A DNA stretch of 64,000 nucleotides. Source: Mycobacterium sp. Lineage in GTDB: Bacteria > Actinomycetota > Actinomycetes > Mycobacteriales > Mycobacteriaceae. The stretch is from positions 102,712-166,711 of the forward strand of contig CAXNKV010000001.1 of NCBI GenBank assembly GCA_964203005.1, written 5' to 3'. How positions within the stretch are numbered: the first letter of the stretch is position 1; each line of letters begins with the position of its first letter. A program made the position numbers and the translations under genes. Positions 26,439 through 37,117 of this stretch are shown here, in pieces. Under the pieces are notes generated by a model, which saw only the letters and a program-made list of their open reading frames with translations, was not told the DNA's origin and did no database searches.

Positions 26439-29400
26439 TTAGCTGATGTAGATCCCGCCCTCGCCGAGGCGCGAGGCAGGATCGAGAAGCATGGTGGCTT
26501 CTTGCGCCTTCTCCGAACGGTCGTGGTCGAAGCGCCGATCGGCGGGCTTCTCATACATCGGACGTCCGCCGGCGATCGCCTCGGCCAGCCTTCGCTGTCC
26601 AGCCAGCACCCGTTCGCGTGCCCGCCGTTCATAGGCCTCACGCTCCCCGGAATCCAGCGTCGCCAGGAATGCCTGCGGATGCACCAGTGCGATCAATCCC
26701 GACACGTGGCCGAACCCCAGACTGGTGACCAGGCCCGCCTTGAGCCCGAAGCGGTCGCCGAGCCGCAACGTCTCCCGCGGCCAGACGAAGTGGCCGGAGA
26801 CCGCCAACTCGTCGTCAACGCAATCGAGGCTGCGGTTTGGCGGGATGACGCCGTCGCGCAAGATCTGGCACAGGCCGAGCATCTGGAACACCGCCGCGCC
26901 ACCCTTGGCGTGGCCGGTGAGGGTCTTCTGTGAGACCACGAACAGCGGCGCCCCGGCGGATCGGCCGAGTGCGTCGGCGAGACGCTCATGCAGTTCGGTC
27001 TCGTTGGGATCGTTGGCCAGCGTGGAAGTGTCGTGCTTCGAGATCACCGCGACGTCGTCGGCACCCACCCCGAGCCGGGCCAGCGACCGGGCCAGGGCCG
27101 AATCCCGGCCGCCCCGGCCGGCACCGAGGGCACCTAGGCCGGGCGCCGGGATCGAGGTATGGACTCCGTCGGCGAAGCTCTGCGCGTAGCCGACCACCGC
27201 GAGCACCGGAAGGCCCATCTTCAACGCGAGGTCGCCGCGAGCCAGCAGGATCGTGCCGCCGCCCTGAGCCTCCAGGAAGCCCAGCCTGCGCCGATCGTTG
27301 GCGCGGGAGATCTTCGAATCGCTGATGCCTTTGGCGCGCATCATCGCGGTGTCGGCGGTCGCCGCCATATCGCCGAAGCCGGTGATGGCGTCAGAGGTCA
27401 TGTCGTCGAAGCCACCGGCGACCACCAGGTCGGCCTTGCCGAGCCTGATCTTGTCCACGCCCTCCTCGACCGACACCGCTGCGGTGGCACAGGCACCCAC
27501 CGGGTGAACCATCGCACCGTAACCGCCGATATAGGACTGCATGACATGTGCGGCAACGACGTTCGGCAATACCTCCTGCAGGATGTCGTTGGGCTTTGCG
27601 TTGCCCAGCAGGTTGCCATGGAACATGGTCTGCATGCTGGTCAAGCCGCCGATACCGGTGCCCTGCGTACTGGCCACCAGGCTCGGATGAACCCACCGCA
27701 TCAATTCCTCCGGGGTGAAACCGGAAGACAGGAAGGCATCCACGGTGGCGACCATGTTCCACAGTGCCACCCGGTCTACGGACGCAACCATGTCGGCACC
27801 GATACCCCAGACCGTCGGGTCGAACCCGGTGGGGATCTGGCCGCCCACGGTGCGGGACAGTTTCGCCTTGCGCGGCACCCGGATCTCGGTGCCCGCCTTG
27901 CGAATGACCTCCCAGTCACCGGAGTCTGCGACCGGCCGCACCACGGTGTGCTCCGGGTCGGCATCGGCGAACGCCCGGGCCTCGGCCTCCGTCGACACCA
28001 CGAACTGGAAGTCGCGATCGAGGAACACGCTGACGAGTAATTCCGTCGAGTGATCGGCGTTCAGCGCCCCATCGGCGGCGAATTCGCGGATGCCGCATCG
28101 TGCCACGACAGCGTCGTGGTAGTTCTCGACGATCTCGGACTCGTCCACCATCGCGCCCGTCGCGGTGTCGTACCAGCCCGGCTTGGGATCGTCCTCCCAC
28201 TTGAGAAGTCCGGTTGTCCAGGCTAATTCGAGCACTCCGGCCGCTGAGAGTTCGTTGTCGACCTCCATCTCGTACCGGGTGCGCGACGAACCATAGGGAC
28301 CCAATTCGGCTCCGCCCACGATCACCACCAACTCGGCGGGGTCGACGTCGAGGGCGGCCCAGGCCGGCGGCGGCGCCGCGCGGTAACCGCGCGGAGGTGA
28401 CGGCAACGCGGCGATCGTGCCCGACGGCGGGCCGTCCTCATCCGTGCCCCCGGCAGCCGCAGTGGTCTCCTCGCGTGCCCGAGCGGCGAGTTCGGCCATG
28501 TCGAGTTCGATATCACCGAGGCCGCCGGTGAGGTCGGCCCGCAGTGGGGCGGCGGCGGCGGCAACCCTGGCGTCAGGTGTGCACAGATCCAGCAGCATGG
28601 CCGCCATCTCGGCAGTGGTGTAGGTCGTCACACCGGCGGCCTCCACCGCATCGACGATCGCGTCGTTGTGACCCATCAGTCCGGTGCCCTTGGTCCAGCC
28701 GATCAGGGCGTGCGCAAGGGTGACCCGCGCCGCCCAGGAGGACTCCGCACCCCACCGCGTCACCACCGCGTCGAGCGCGGACTTGGATTCGCCGTAGGCG
28801 CCGTCGCCACCGAACATGCCCCGGTTGGGCGAGCCGGGCAGCACCACGTGCAGCCGCGAGGCGATGTCGCGTTCGGAACCGATCGCCGAAAGTCCGCCGA
28901 CGAGCCGTTCGACGGCCCACAGCAGAACCTTCATCTCCATCTCTGAGCGCGACCCAGCCTCGGAGAGATCACCGGCGACCCGCGGCGCAGCGAACGGGAA
29001 CAGCATGGTCGGAGTCTGGGCGTCCTTGATGTGGATGGCCTGGGGGCCAAGGTTTTCGGTCTGGTCGCTGCCGACCCACGACACCAGTGCGTCGATGTCG
29101 GCGTAGGACGCCATGTTTGCCGGCACTACCCACAGCGCGGCGCCGAAGCGGGCGCTGTCGCGATAGAGCGACTTGTAGAACGAAAGGCGGTCGTCATTGA
29201 GTGAGGAGGTGGAGGCGATGACGGTGGCGCCGCCGCGGAGCAGCTGGGCGACCACCGATGCCGCGATAGACCCCTTGGACGCACCGGTGACGACCGCAAC
29301 GTCTTCGGCGTAACGTCCGGCGCTGGGGTTCTCCGCACCGGCCGCTATCCGGGCATACAGGGCAGCGTGGACAAGACGGCCCTGCGCTAACGCGCGTCCG

Positions 29401-32400
29401 CGCCACCAATCCGCCTGGGTGGCCACCACGTGTCCGGTGCCTTCGAAACTCTCCGACAGCGTCGCCCAATCCGCATTGATGTCGTTCTCGTCGGCAAGCC
29501 ACAGCTTGACCAGGTCCTCCCTGGCGCTGGCCCACCGATCATCAAGCAGGACAGCTTTTTGGGCGTCGAATGCCGGTGCGACCAGTCGTGGCCACTCAGA
29601 GCCGAGTTCACTGGTGACCAAGTCGATCAGTTCGGCATCGGTGGCTACCGGGAGGGCGCTCACCGGGTTGTCCAGTCCGAGTTGACCCAGTACCAGCCGG
29701 GCGGCCGAAGCCAGCACGCCGGTGGGGCCGGTCACCGTCTCGGCGAACTCATCCAATGCGGCCGAGTCGACCACTCCGCCGACACTGGCGCCGCCGGCCG
29801 ACGGCAGTGCCACCGCAACACCGTTTCGGGACGCCACGGCGGCCACTGCCGCGTCGATGGCCCGGTCAACCGCGGCGGCGTCCGTAAGGGCGCCGTCGTG
29901 CAACCCACCGAGAGGCCCACCCCGAACGCTGGTGCCCTCCCGGGTGCCCAGCATGAGTTCGACGGTGACGTGTTTGGCCCAGCCCCCGCCGAGTTCCCAT
30001 GTCTTGGTGACCCTCTCGGCAATCGCGCCCGGCCGCTTACCTGACGGTCCGAGGACGCTGCGCAGTGAATCGTTGACGGCGTCGGACAGCACCGGGCCGA
30101 ACGGCTTGTAGGTACGTGCCAGTTTATTCACCTGGCCGCGAAGTGCGGTGAGGTCGGCGTCGGCGGCGCCGTCGATCGCGCCGAGGTCCAATTCCGAACC
30201 CAGGTCGACGAGCAGTTGGTTGCGTCGTGAGGATGCCCCGTCGGTGATCGACTCGATCGAGTCCAGAGGTTCAATCTGATCGAGGCGCATCTTGGCCGAC
30301 AGCGCGATCAACGCGCACGTTGCGTCAGCGGCACCGAATCCGATGTCGTCGGGTCGAGCGGCGCCGGGGGTAGCCGTCGGGGTGGGAACGGCCGCTGGGA
30401 GTGCAGCACTGGGCGCTGTCTCAGTGGCCGTCGGCGCAGACTCTTCGGCCGCCTCGGACTCAGGCTCCGGCTCGGGATCGGAATCATTGGCGAACAACAC
30501 CGCGGCGTCGCGTTCGACGTTGAGTACCTGCACGGTGCTGTAGGCGTACTCCGGGAGTTTGAGGGTGTTGTTGGCCAGTCCGGCCACCGTCGGGGCGGAC
30601 TTCACGCCGATCTCGACAAAGCGCTCGACGCCCAATCCGCCGGCGGCCTCCTCGGTGAACAACAGGTCCTGGGTTTCGATCCAGCGCACCGGGCTGGCGA
30701 ACTGCCAGGCCAGCAGTTCGATGATGACCCGGCGGCCCACTTCACCCGGGCGCTGGGTGATCCAGGTGTCGTAGTCGGCGAGGATCTCATCGAGCGACTC
30801 GGCGGGCACCAGGTCGCGGATCTCGGCGATGAAGTCGCGGTCCAGGCTGAACAGCCGGGGTACCAGGTTGGGGATGTAGCGCCCGATCAGCGCGGAAGCA
30901 TCGGCGTCATGGGGCAGGATCCGCTCCAGTGAGCGGCGGAACTCGTCCACTCCGATGCGCAGCACATCGGAGTGGAACGGCACGTCGATACCGGGAACCA
31001 GAATGTAGGCACGCTTGCCCCCGGTGATCTCCCGCCGGCGTTCGACTTCTTCTTCCAATGCCTCCAGTCCACGTACGGTGCCGGCGATCGCATACTGCGC
31101 GCCGCGCAGGTTGAAGTTGACGATCTGAAGGAACTCCCCGGCGCGCTGGGCAATGTCGGCGACGAACGTCTTCACGTCGGCGTCGTGGATGTCGATCTGC
31201 GACGGCCGGATGGCCGCCAACCGGTAATTGGAGCGTCCCTGCTCGTCGCGCGGCACGATGTCGTGCATCTTGCTGCCGCGATGGAACACCACCTCGATTA
31301 GTGCCTCGAGTTCGAAGACCCCGGTGACACAGGCGACTGCGGTGTACTCGCCCACCGAGTGCCCGCAGGCGATCGCACCCTCAACAAAGGCGCCCTGCTC
31401 GCGCATCTCGGCGACCTGGGCGGCGGCTACGGTCGCCATGGCGACCTGGGTGAACTGCGTCAGATACAACACACCCTCGGGATGCTGATAGTGCACGCCG
31501 GCAGCGATCAGACTCGTCGGGTTGTCGCGGACCACGTGCAGCACCGAGAAGCCGAGGGTTTCCCGGGTGAACTTGTCGGCGCGATCCCACACCTTGCGTG
31601 CCGCCTTCGAGCGGGCACGGACCTCCATACCCATGCCCTTGTGCTGGATACCCTGGCCCGGGAAGGCATAGGCGGTTTTCGGGGCGGCCAGCCGGGCGGT
31701 CGCCGCCATCACCAACTCGCCACCGACTTTCGCCGTCACCTCCAAAACCTCTGCGCCCAAGTCGATTCCGACGCGGTCTACCCGAAGATCGATCTCGTCA
31801 CCGGGTTTCACCATGCCCAGGAAGCGGGCGGTCCACCCGACCAGCCTGCCGGGCGGGACCGGGTTGCCGTCGGTGGCGGCAACCGCGTGCTGGGCGGCTG
31901 CCGAGAGCCACATGCCGTGCACGATCGGGGTGTCAAGACCGGCCAGCAGCGCGGCGGTCCGGTCGGTATGGATGGGATTGTGGTCACCTGAGACCTGTGC
32001 GAACGGCCGCATGTCCACCGGCGCGGTGATCGTGACGTCGCGGCGACGCCGACGCGGGGTGTCGGTGGCATTCTCCGACACCGCTCCCCCGGCACGCACC
32101 GGATCGGTCAGCTCGAGCGGCCCGGTGCGGCCACGGATGGCGAAGCGCTCCTCCAGAACCGCGAGAACCACACCGGCGCTGTCGATGACGTTGACGGTGA
32201 CCGGCACCACTCGGCCGACCTCGCTATCGACTGCCACCGAAGCCGTTGCGGTGACCGTCAGCTGGGTCCGCTGCCGCGGCAGGGGCTTGAGCAACCGAGC
32301 GGCATGATCGAGGTGCACCAGGCTCAGCAGGCCCTCGATGACGGGAAAACCGTCTTCGGTGGCCGCACCGCCGATCGCGGCGAATACCGCGGGCCAGCAG

Positions 32401-35400
32401 CGGCCGACCAGTGCATCGGGAACCGTCGTCAGGGTCGGAGCCAACGGAGCGCCGAAGGTCGCGGTGACACCGGTGTGGTCAGCAACCCGTTCGGGATCCC
32501 AGTCGACCGTGACGGTGGTGGAACCGCCGACGAGACCGGGCAATGCGTCCGGCCCGTCGGCGCCGGCGGCAACGGCCAGAACGGCCCGCATCGCGGCGGC
32601 GGCATCGGTGGTGAGCACCACCGGTGCCCCGCCGTCGACAACGGTGGCCGGCAGAGTGAACGTAATGTCGATCCACGTTCCTGACAACGGGACACTCAGA
32701 ACGACCCGGTCCGGCGCGACCGCTTCGAGTCGCGCGCCGGTGGAATGACATGTCGCGGAACGGCTGTCGTGCACCTGCCACTGCGACGGCGGCGCCAAAC
32801 GATGCACGGGATTGATTGCTGTGCGGCCGGCCCACAGCACGTCGGGAGAGTCCAGGACGATGCCGAGTGGACCGGTGGCGTCGGGGAGCACCTGAAGCCT
32901 CGAGGCGACCGGCTGGGGGTGACCGCCGCCCGCGAGCACCTCATCGACGGCGGCCTTCTCGAAGCGGTCGAGTAACTCGCCCACCGGTTCGTCGATCCGG
33001 GTGATACCCGCAACGGCAGCGATGCCCGGGATGATGCAGACCTGATCGGCGGTGTAATGCTCGTCGTGGGCCTGCCACAGCGAGTCGCTGCGCCACCATC
33101 GGCGGACGTCTTTGTCGATCACCGGCACGAAGTTCACCGGTTTGCCCGGGGTCTTGCACTCCTGGACGAAGAACGGAACATCGGCCGGATGCAGCAGCAC
33201 GGTGGCGGCATCGGAGTAGCGCTCCACCAGAGCCGCGATCGCCCGGGCAGGCTCGTCGGTTAACTCGGGGGCGTCGAAGAGCGTCTCGATCGGACCGCTG
33301 TCCAGCGGATGAAGTCGGGCCTCGGTGCGCTGCAGCATTGCCGTGAAGCGGTCCCGCCAGGTGACGTCAAGCCAGGTGCCGCGATCACCCATCGCCAGTT
33401 CGACGTAGCGCTGCAGCCACTGCAGGTACGTCATGTCGGCGACATCACCGAAGTAGGGCTTGGCAGTGAGCGCCATCGCGGCGATGATCTCCCCGCGCCG
33501 CGCCGCCACCGCCTCGGCATCACCGGCGACGTCGTCGAGCAACCGGCCGCAACGCGATGCGGAGTTGTCGATCTCGTGAATATCGGCGCCCAGTTGACTA
33601 CGCCCGGACGCCATGCCGCCGTTGGCTTTTCCGGCACCGACCCACTGATCGGTGCCAACCGTATCGACCAGCAACTGCTTGACCGATCGTGAGGTAGTGG
33701 CTTCCAGGCAGGCCATCGTGGCGGTGCCCAGCAGGATGCCGTCGACCGGCATCATCGGGTAGCCGTAGGACAGTGACCAACGGCCGGTCAGGTAGTCGGC
33801 GGCGCGCTCTGGCGTGCCGACCCCGCCGCCGACGCACACGGTGATGTTGGGTTGCGAGCGCAATTCGGAGTAGGTGGTCAGCAAGAGATCGTCGAGATCC
33901 TCCCAGGAGTGGTGCCCCCCGGCACGGCCACCCTCGATGTGGGCGATGACGCTCTTGGCGGGTGCCTCGGCGGCGATCCGGATCACCGCACGGATCTGCT
34001 CGACGGTTCCGGGCTTGAAGCACACGTGCGCGATGCCGACGCCATGAAGCTCATCGATGAGTTCGACGGCTTCCTCGAGTTCAGGTATTCCGGCGCTGAT
34101 CACCAGACCGTCGATCGGGGCGCCTGCCGCGCGGGCCTTTTGGACCAGTCGTTTACCGCCGACCTGAAGCTTCCACAGGTAAGGATCCAGGAAAAGAGCG
34201 TTGAACTGAATTGCCCGGCCGGGCTCGAGCAGCGCGCTCACCTCCGTCATCCGCCGCTCGAAGATCGGCTCGGTGACCTGACCGCCGCCGGCGAGCTCGG
34301 CCCAGTGCCCGGCGTTGGTCGCGGCGGCGACGATTTTCGCGTCGACCGTGGTCGGCGTCATGCCGGCCAGCAGGATCGGTGAGCGGCCGGTGATCCGGGT
34401 GAACTTGGTGGATAACTTGACTGAACCGTCCGGAAGACTGATCACCGACGGCGCATAACTCGACCACGGCTTGCCCACCTCCGGCGCGGCACCCACGGTG
34501 AACAGGTTGCGCTGGCCGCCGCGAGTTGCGGCCGCCACAATGCCCACACCCAGGCCGCGGATCACCGGCGCAGTCACCCGGGTCAGGATGTCGCCGGGCC
34601 CGAGGTCCAGGATCCACCGGGCGCCGGCGTCAGAGAGGCCGGTCACGGCCTCGACCCAGTCGACCGGCTGCACCAGGATCGCGTCGGTCATCGCGCGCGC
34701 CAATTCAACGTCGAGGCCCACCACACCCGCCCACCGCGCCACGAGGTCAACCCCGTCGGCCAGTCGCGGCGTGTGGAAGCCGACCTCTACCGCAACCGGG
34801 TCGAAATTGGGCGAGAAGGCGGCGCCGCCGCGCAGTTTGTTCTTCCGCTCGGCGGCCTCGGTCTCGGCGATCTGCTCGCAATACAGTTCGAAGCGCGACA
34901 GCTGCTCGGGCGTGCCGGTGATCACGACCGAGCGACGCCCGTTGCGGATCGAGCACACCGGGGGTTCCACCGTCCGCACGTCGGTGGCGAACTCGGCGAG
35001 TAGCGCACCGATGCGCTCCGGATCAGCGTTGGTGACCGAGACCATCGGAGGTCGTTCGCCAAGAGCGACGATGCCGCGACGCCGGGCCACCAAAGTTCCA
35101 GCGGCGCCGATCAGTTGCGCCAGGGCGAGCAGTTCCACGTCACGCGCACCGGCGGCTTTGAGCGCCTCGACGGCAAGCACGCCCTGGGAATGGCCGGCCA
35201 CCGCCACCGGCGGTGCCCCGGTGAGATCCAGCCCTTGCCGATACAAAGCGCGTATCGCCGCGATCTGGCTCAGCAGCACACCGGGCAGCGACACCGCCGC
35301 CGACGTCAGGTGCCGCGTGGAGGGCGCTGGCTCCTCGGCAGCGATCTGACGCACCCAGCGCAGCGGCTCGAAGCCGATGGGCCGCACCACGACGAGTTCG

Positions 35401-35630
35401 TCCGCGACCGGTTCCAGCAGCAGTTCCGCCTCGCCGACCACGGTGGCCAGCTCCGACTCGATCCCGGCCATCGTGACGAGTTCTTCGAGGTTCGACAACC
35501 ACGCACTGTTGCCCTGGCCACCGAAAGCCACGGCGTACGGCTCGCCGGCGTTGAGCCGGTCCACGAGTGCCTGCACGCTGGTGCGGTCGGCATCATCACT
35601 GCGCAAACTGTCGTGCTCGTGGATCGTCAC
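26439..35630 (-). CDS. fas: Type I fatty acid synthase (multifunctional FAS-I)
   Basis: Single 3063-aa ORF with an uninterrupted FAS-I-like sequence ending in a ketosynthase-like region. All plus-strand ORFs inside it are shadows. Confidence 0.97.
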   Translation of the reverse strand: MTIHEHDSLRSDDADRTSVQALVDRLNAGEPYAVAFGGQGNSAWLSNLEELVTMAGIESELATVVGEAELLLEPVADELVVVRPIGFEPLRWVRQIAAEEPAPSTRHLTSAAVSLPGVLLSQIAAIRALYRQGLDLTGAPPVAVAGHSQGVLAVEALKAAGARDVELLALAQLIGAAGTLVARRRGIVALGERPPMVSVTNADPERIGALLAEFATDVRTVEPPVCSIRNGRRSVVITGTPEQLSRFELYCEQIAETEAAERKNKLRGGAAFSPNFDPVAVEVGFHTPRLADGVDLVARWAGVVGLDVELARAMTDAILVQPVDWVEAVTGLSDAGARWILDLGPGDILTRVTAPVIRGLGVGIVAAATRGGQRNLFTVGAAPEVGKPWSSYAPSVISLPDGSVKLSTKFTRITGRSPILLAGMTPTTVDAKIVAAATNAGHWAELAGGGQVTEPIFERRMTEVSALLEPGRAIQFNALFLDPYLWKLQVGGKRLVQKARAAGAPIDGLVISAGIPELEEAVELIDELHGVGIAHVCFKPGTVEQIRAVIRIAAEAPAKSVIAHIEGGRAGGHHSWEDLDDLLLTTYSELRSQPNITVCVGGGVGTPERAADYLTGRWSLSYGYPMMPVDGILLGTATMACLEATTSRSVKQLLVDTVGTDQWVGAGKANGGMASGRSQLGADIHEIDNSASRCGRLLDDVAGDAEAVAARRGEIIAAMALTAKPYFGDVADMTYLQWLQRYVELAMGDRGTWLDVTWRDRFTAMLQRTEARLHPLDSGPIETLFDAPELTDEPARAIAALVERYSDAATVLLHPADVPFFVQECKTPGKPVNFVPVIDKDVRRWWRSDSLWQAHDEHYTADQVCIIPGIAAVAGITRIDEPVGELLDRFEKAAVDEVLAGGGHPQPVASRLQVLPDATGPLGIVLDSPDVLWAGRTAINPVHRLAPPSQWQVHDSRSATCHSTGARLEAVAPDRVVLSVPLSGTWIDITFTLPATVVDGGAPVVLTTDAAAAMRAVLAVAAGADGPDALPGLVGGSTTVTVDWDPERVADHTGVTATFGAPLAPTLTTVPDALVGRCWPAVFAAIGGAATEDGFPVIEGLLSLVHLDHAARLLKPLPRQRTQLTVTATASVAVDSEVGRVVPVTVNVIDSAGVVLAVLEERFAIRGRTGPLELTDPVRAGGAVSENATDTPRRRRRDVTITAPVDMRPFAQVSGDHNPIHTDRTAALLAGLDTPIVHGMWLSAAAQHAVAATDGNPVPPGRLVGWTARFLGMVKPGDEIDLRVDRVGIDLGAEVLEVTAKVGGELVMAATARLAAPKTAYAFPGQGIQHKGMGMEVRARSKAARKVWDRADKFTRETLGFSVLHVVRDNPTSLIAAGVHYQHPEGVLYLTQFTQVAMATVAAAQVAEMREQGAFVEGAIACGHSVGEYTAVACVTGVFELEALIEVVFHRGSKMHDIVPRDEQGRSNYRLAAIRPSQIDIHDADVKTFVADIAQRAGEFLQIVNFNLRGAQYAIAGTVRGLEALEEEVERRREITGGKRAYILVPGIDVPFHSDVLRIGVDEFRRSLERILPHDADASALIGRYIPNLVPRLFSLDRDFIAEIRDLVPAESLDEILADYDTWITQRPGEVGRRVIIELLAWQFASPVRWIETQDLLFTEEAAGGLGVERFVEIGVKSAPTVAGLANNTLKLPEYAYSTVQVLNVERDAAVLFANDSDPEPEPESEAAEESAPTATETAPSAALPAAVPTPTATPGAARPDDIGFGAADATCALIALSAKMRLDQIEPLDSIESITDGASSRRNQLLVDLGSELDLGAIDGAADADLTALRGQVNKLARTYKPFGPVLSDAVNDSLRSVLGPSGKRPGAIAERVTKTWELGGGWAKHVTVELMLGTREGTSVRGGPLGGLHDGALTDAAAVDRAIDAAVAAVASRNGVAVALPSAGGASVGGVVDSAALDEFAETVTGPTGVLASAARLVLGQLGLDNPVSALPVATDAELIDLVTSELGSEWPRLVAPAFDAQKAVLLDDRWASAREDLVKLWLADENDINADWATLSESFEGTGHVVATQADWWRGRALAQGRLVHAALYARIAAGAENPSAGRYAEDVAVVTGASKGSIAASVVAQLLRGGATVIASTSSLNDDRLSFYKSLYRDSARFGAALWVVPANMASYADIDALVSWVGSDQTENLGPQAIHIKDAQTPTMLFPFAAPRVAGDLSEAGSRSEMEMKVLLWAVERLVGGLSAIGSERDIASRLHVVLPGSPNRGMFGGDGAYGESKSALDAVVTRWGAESSWAARVTLAHALIGWTKGTGLMGHNDAIVDAVEAAGVTTYTTAEMAAMLLDLCTPDARVAAAAAPLRADLTGGLGDIELDMAELAARAREETTAAAGGTDEDGPPSGTIAALPSPPRGYRAAPPPAWAALDVDPAELVVIVGGAELGPYGSSRTRYEMEVDNELSAAGVLELAWTTGLLKWEDDPKPGWYDTATGAMVDESEIVENYHDAVVARCGIREFAADGALNADHSTELLVSVFLDRDFQFVVSTEAEARAFADADPEHTVVRPVADSGDWEVIRKAGTEIRVPRKAKLSRTVGGQIPTGFDPTVWGIGADMVASVDRVALWNMVATVDAFLSSGFTPEELMRWVHPSLVASTQGTGIGGLTSMQTMFHGNLLGNAKPNDILQEVLPNVVAAHVMQSYIGGYGAMVHPVGACATAAVSVEEGVDKIRLGKADLVVAGGFDDMTSDAITGFGDMAATADTAMMRAKGISDSKISRANDRRRLGFLEAQGGGTILLARGDLALKMGLPVLAVVGYAQSFADGVHTSIPAPGLGALGAGRGGRDSALARSLARLGVGADDVAVISKHDTSTLANDPNETELHERLADALGRSAGAPLFVVSQKTLTGHAKGGAAVFQMLGLCQILRDGVIPPNRSLDCVDDELAVSGHFVWPRETLRLGDRFGLKAGLVTSLGFGHVSGLIALVHPQAFLATLDSGEREAYERRARERVLAGQRRLAEAIAGGRPMYEKPADRRFDHDRSEKAQEATMLLDPASRLGEGGIYIS

Positions 35631-36048
35631 CGGTGTGTGTCTCCCTCAAACGGTCTCGTCGCGCTGGAAGACAGTCACGCTGGACTATCGCCATGTCACT
35701 GGCCGACCTTCGCAATAACTGCTCGGCCTATTCAGCTGCACTAAGGTTCCCACAACAATTGAGCCCATTTCCTGCCGAAGATTGGTTACTGATCAGTTCT
35801 ACGGACGGGTAACCGACAATGGTGTAACAGCCATCCAAACCACTGCCGCAACCCGCCCCGTCAAACGTCCTGCGTGCAGGTGGTTACGGTCGAGTAGCCA
35901 CAACTGCGCTGTTCAACGCTTGATTGTTATCGAATCGTTACCAACAGATTCGCCGCCGTCATCGGCGCGGACTCCTCGTGACGAGGTCTGCTCCCTGCCG
36001 ACGCGGTCACGAATTACTCAACGGAAATGTGAGTATCGGTTTGCTGAC

Positions 36049-36072
36049 AAAACCTACTTTTGAGTAGGTTTT
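36049..36072. promoter_or_regulatory. Perfect 10-bp inverted repeat AAAACCTACT-TTTG-AGTAGGTTTT (candidate operator)
   Basis: Read directly. It sits in the AT-richer 620-bp fas/USP divergent intergenic region, about 420 bp from the fas ATG and about 180 bp from the USP start. Confidence 0.4.
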
Positions 36073-36148
36073 CCAATTTCTCAAATCCACACGGATCGTC
36101 AGACGCCGTAACACCCCCCGACGGCACCGCGATAACCCACTCAGACCC

Positions 36149-36180
36149 GTGCCGCCGGGCAACCGACTCCCCGGCGGCAC
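36149..36180. other. Strong GC hairpin (11-bp perfect stem, 10-nt loop) in the divergent intergenic region
   Basis: GTGCCGCCGGG-caaccgactc-CCCGGCGGCAC, 72 nt upstream of the USP-devR operon start. No gene ends here, so its role is unexplained (leader structure, sRNA terminator or attenuator). Confidence 0.5.
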
Positions 36181-36251
36181 GGGCCTTCCGTGTTACCCCT
36201 GGAGCAGACTAAGGCTCACGTCGACATCAACCAGTCCGGCGATAGGAGCAC

Positions 36252-37088
36252 GTGATGTCCGAAGAGTTCACCCCGGCTTCGGTCGTTGTCGGCATCGACG
36301 GATCCCGGAACGCGGTGGACGCCGCGCTCTGGGCCATTGACGAAGCCACCAGCCGAGATGTGCCACTTCGGCTGGTGGCCGCGGCCGCCACCGGCGAGCG
36401 AGGCGAGGCGGATATGGCCGTACGCGCCGCCGCCGCGGCCGTCGGGGCAAGCGGGCGGTCGGTCCGGATCGAAACGCACGTCGTTGACGGCGCACCGGTG
36501 CCCACCCTGCTGGCGGCCGCCGGAAACGCGATGATGATCTGCGTCGGGGCGGTGGGCGTCAAACATTTCGATAGCGACCGCGTCGGCTCCACTGCACAGG
36601 CACTGGTCACCTCCGCGCGCTGCCCGGTGGCGGTGGTACGCGACCCGGGCCGGCCGGACCCCGCCAACCCGGGCTGGGTGGTGGTGGAGTTGGACGACAC
36701 CCCGGACAGTGCCGCGGTGCTGCAGTTCGGTGTCGCAGAAGCCCGACTACGCAACGCGCCGTTGCGCGTGCTGGGCGCCTGGGAGTCGCGCTATACCGAC
36801 GTCCACGACTCGCACGCGGTGGGTGACGGCAACCGCCTCGTGCGCGCCCAGCTGGACCGGCGGCTGTCGCAGTGGAAACACCTCTATCCCGATCTCGATG
36901 CGCGCCCGGTCGCCATCCACGGCAGCCCACTGAACTACCTGTCTACGCATGCTGCGAACATCGACATCGTGGTGGTTGGCGCACCGAACAGCACCGGCGT
37001 CGGCGAGTTACTGGGACCGCTGGGACAGACCGCGTTGAATGACACCAACTGCACAATCCTGGTCGTAGATCGCCAACGCCTACTGTGA
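36252..37088 (+). CDS. Universal stress protein, tandem USP domains (Rv3134c-like)
   Basis: 278 aa with two USP repeats (VVVGIDGSRNAVDAALWAIDEA... and VVVELDDTPDSAAVLQFG...). AGGAG precedes GTG 36252 and ATG 36255. It is the first gene of the devR operon. Confidence 0.88.
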   Translation: MMSEEFTPASVVVGIDGSRNAVDAALWAIDEATSRDVPLRLVAAAATGERGEADMAVRAAAAAVGASGRSVRIETHVVDGAPVPTLLAAAGNAMMICVGAVGVKHFDSDRVGSTAQALVTSARCPVAVVRDPGRPDPANPGWVVVELDDTPDSAAVLQFGVAEARLRNAPLRVLGAWESRYTDVHDSHAVGDGNRLVRAQLDRRLSQWKHLYPDLDARPVAIHGSPLNYLSTHAANIDIVVVGAPNSTGVGELLGPLGQTALNDTNCTILVVDRQRLL

Positions 37089-37117
37089 CGGCGCCGCCCG
37101 CGCGCTAGGGTTAGTCC

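Noticed and set aside
26641-35630. Dozens of 60-300-aa ORFs on both strands inside fas.
   Set aside because: A single uninterrupted 3063-aa FAS-I reading frame explains the whole region. The others are compositional shadows.
35782-36063. 93-aa ORF (and 35567-35812) inside the fas upstream region.
   Set aside because: There is no SD, the composition is odd, and it runs across the candidate operator palindromes. It is more likely non-coding leader or promoter DNA.
36199-36218. Possible DosR box GAGCAGACTAAGGCTCACGT upstream of the USP-devR operon.
   Set aside because: It matches the 20-bp consensus at only about 10 of 20 positions and has a broken right half-site. That is not distinguishable from chance.
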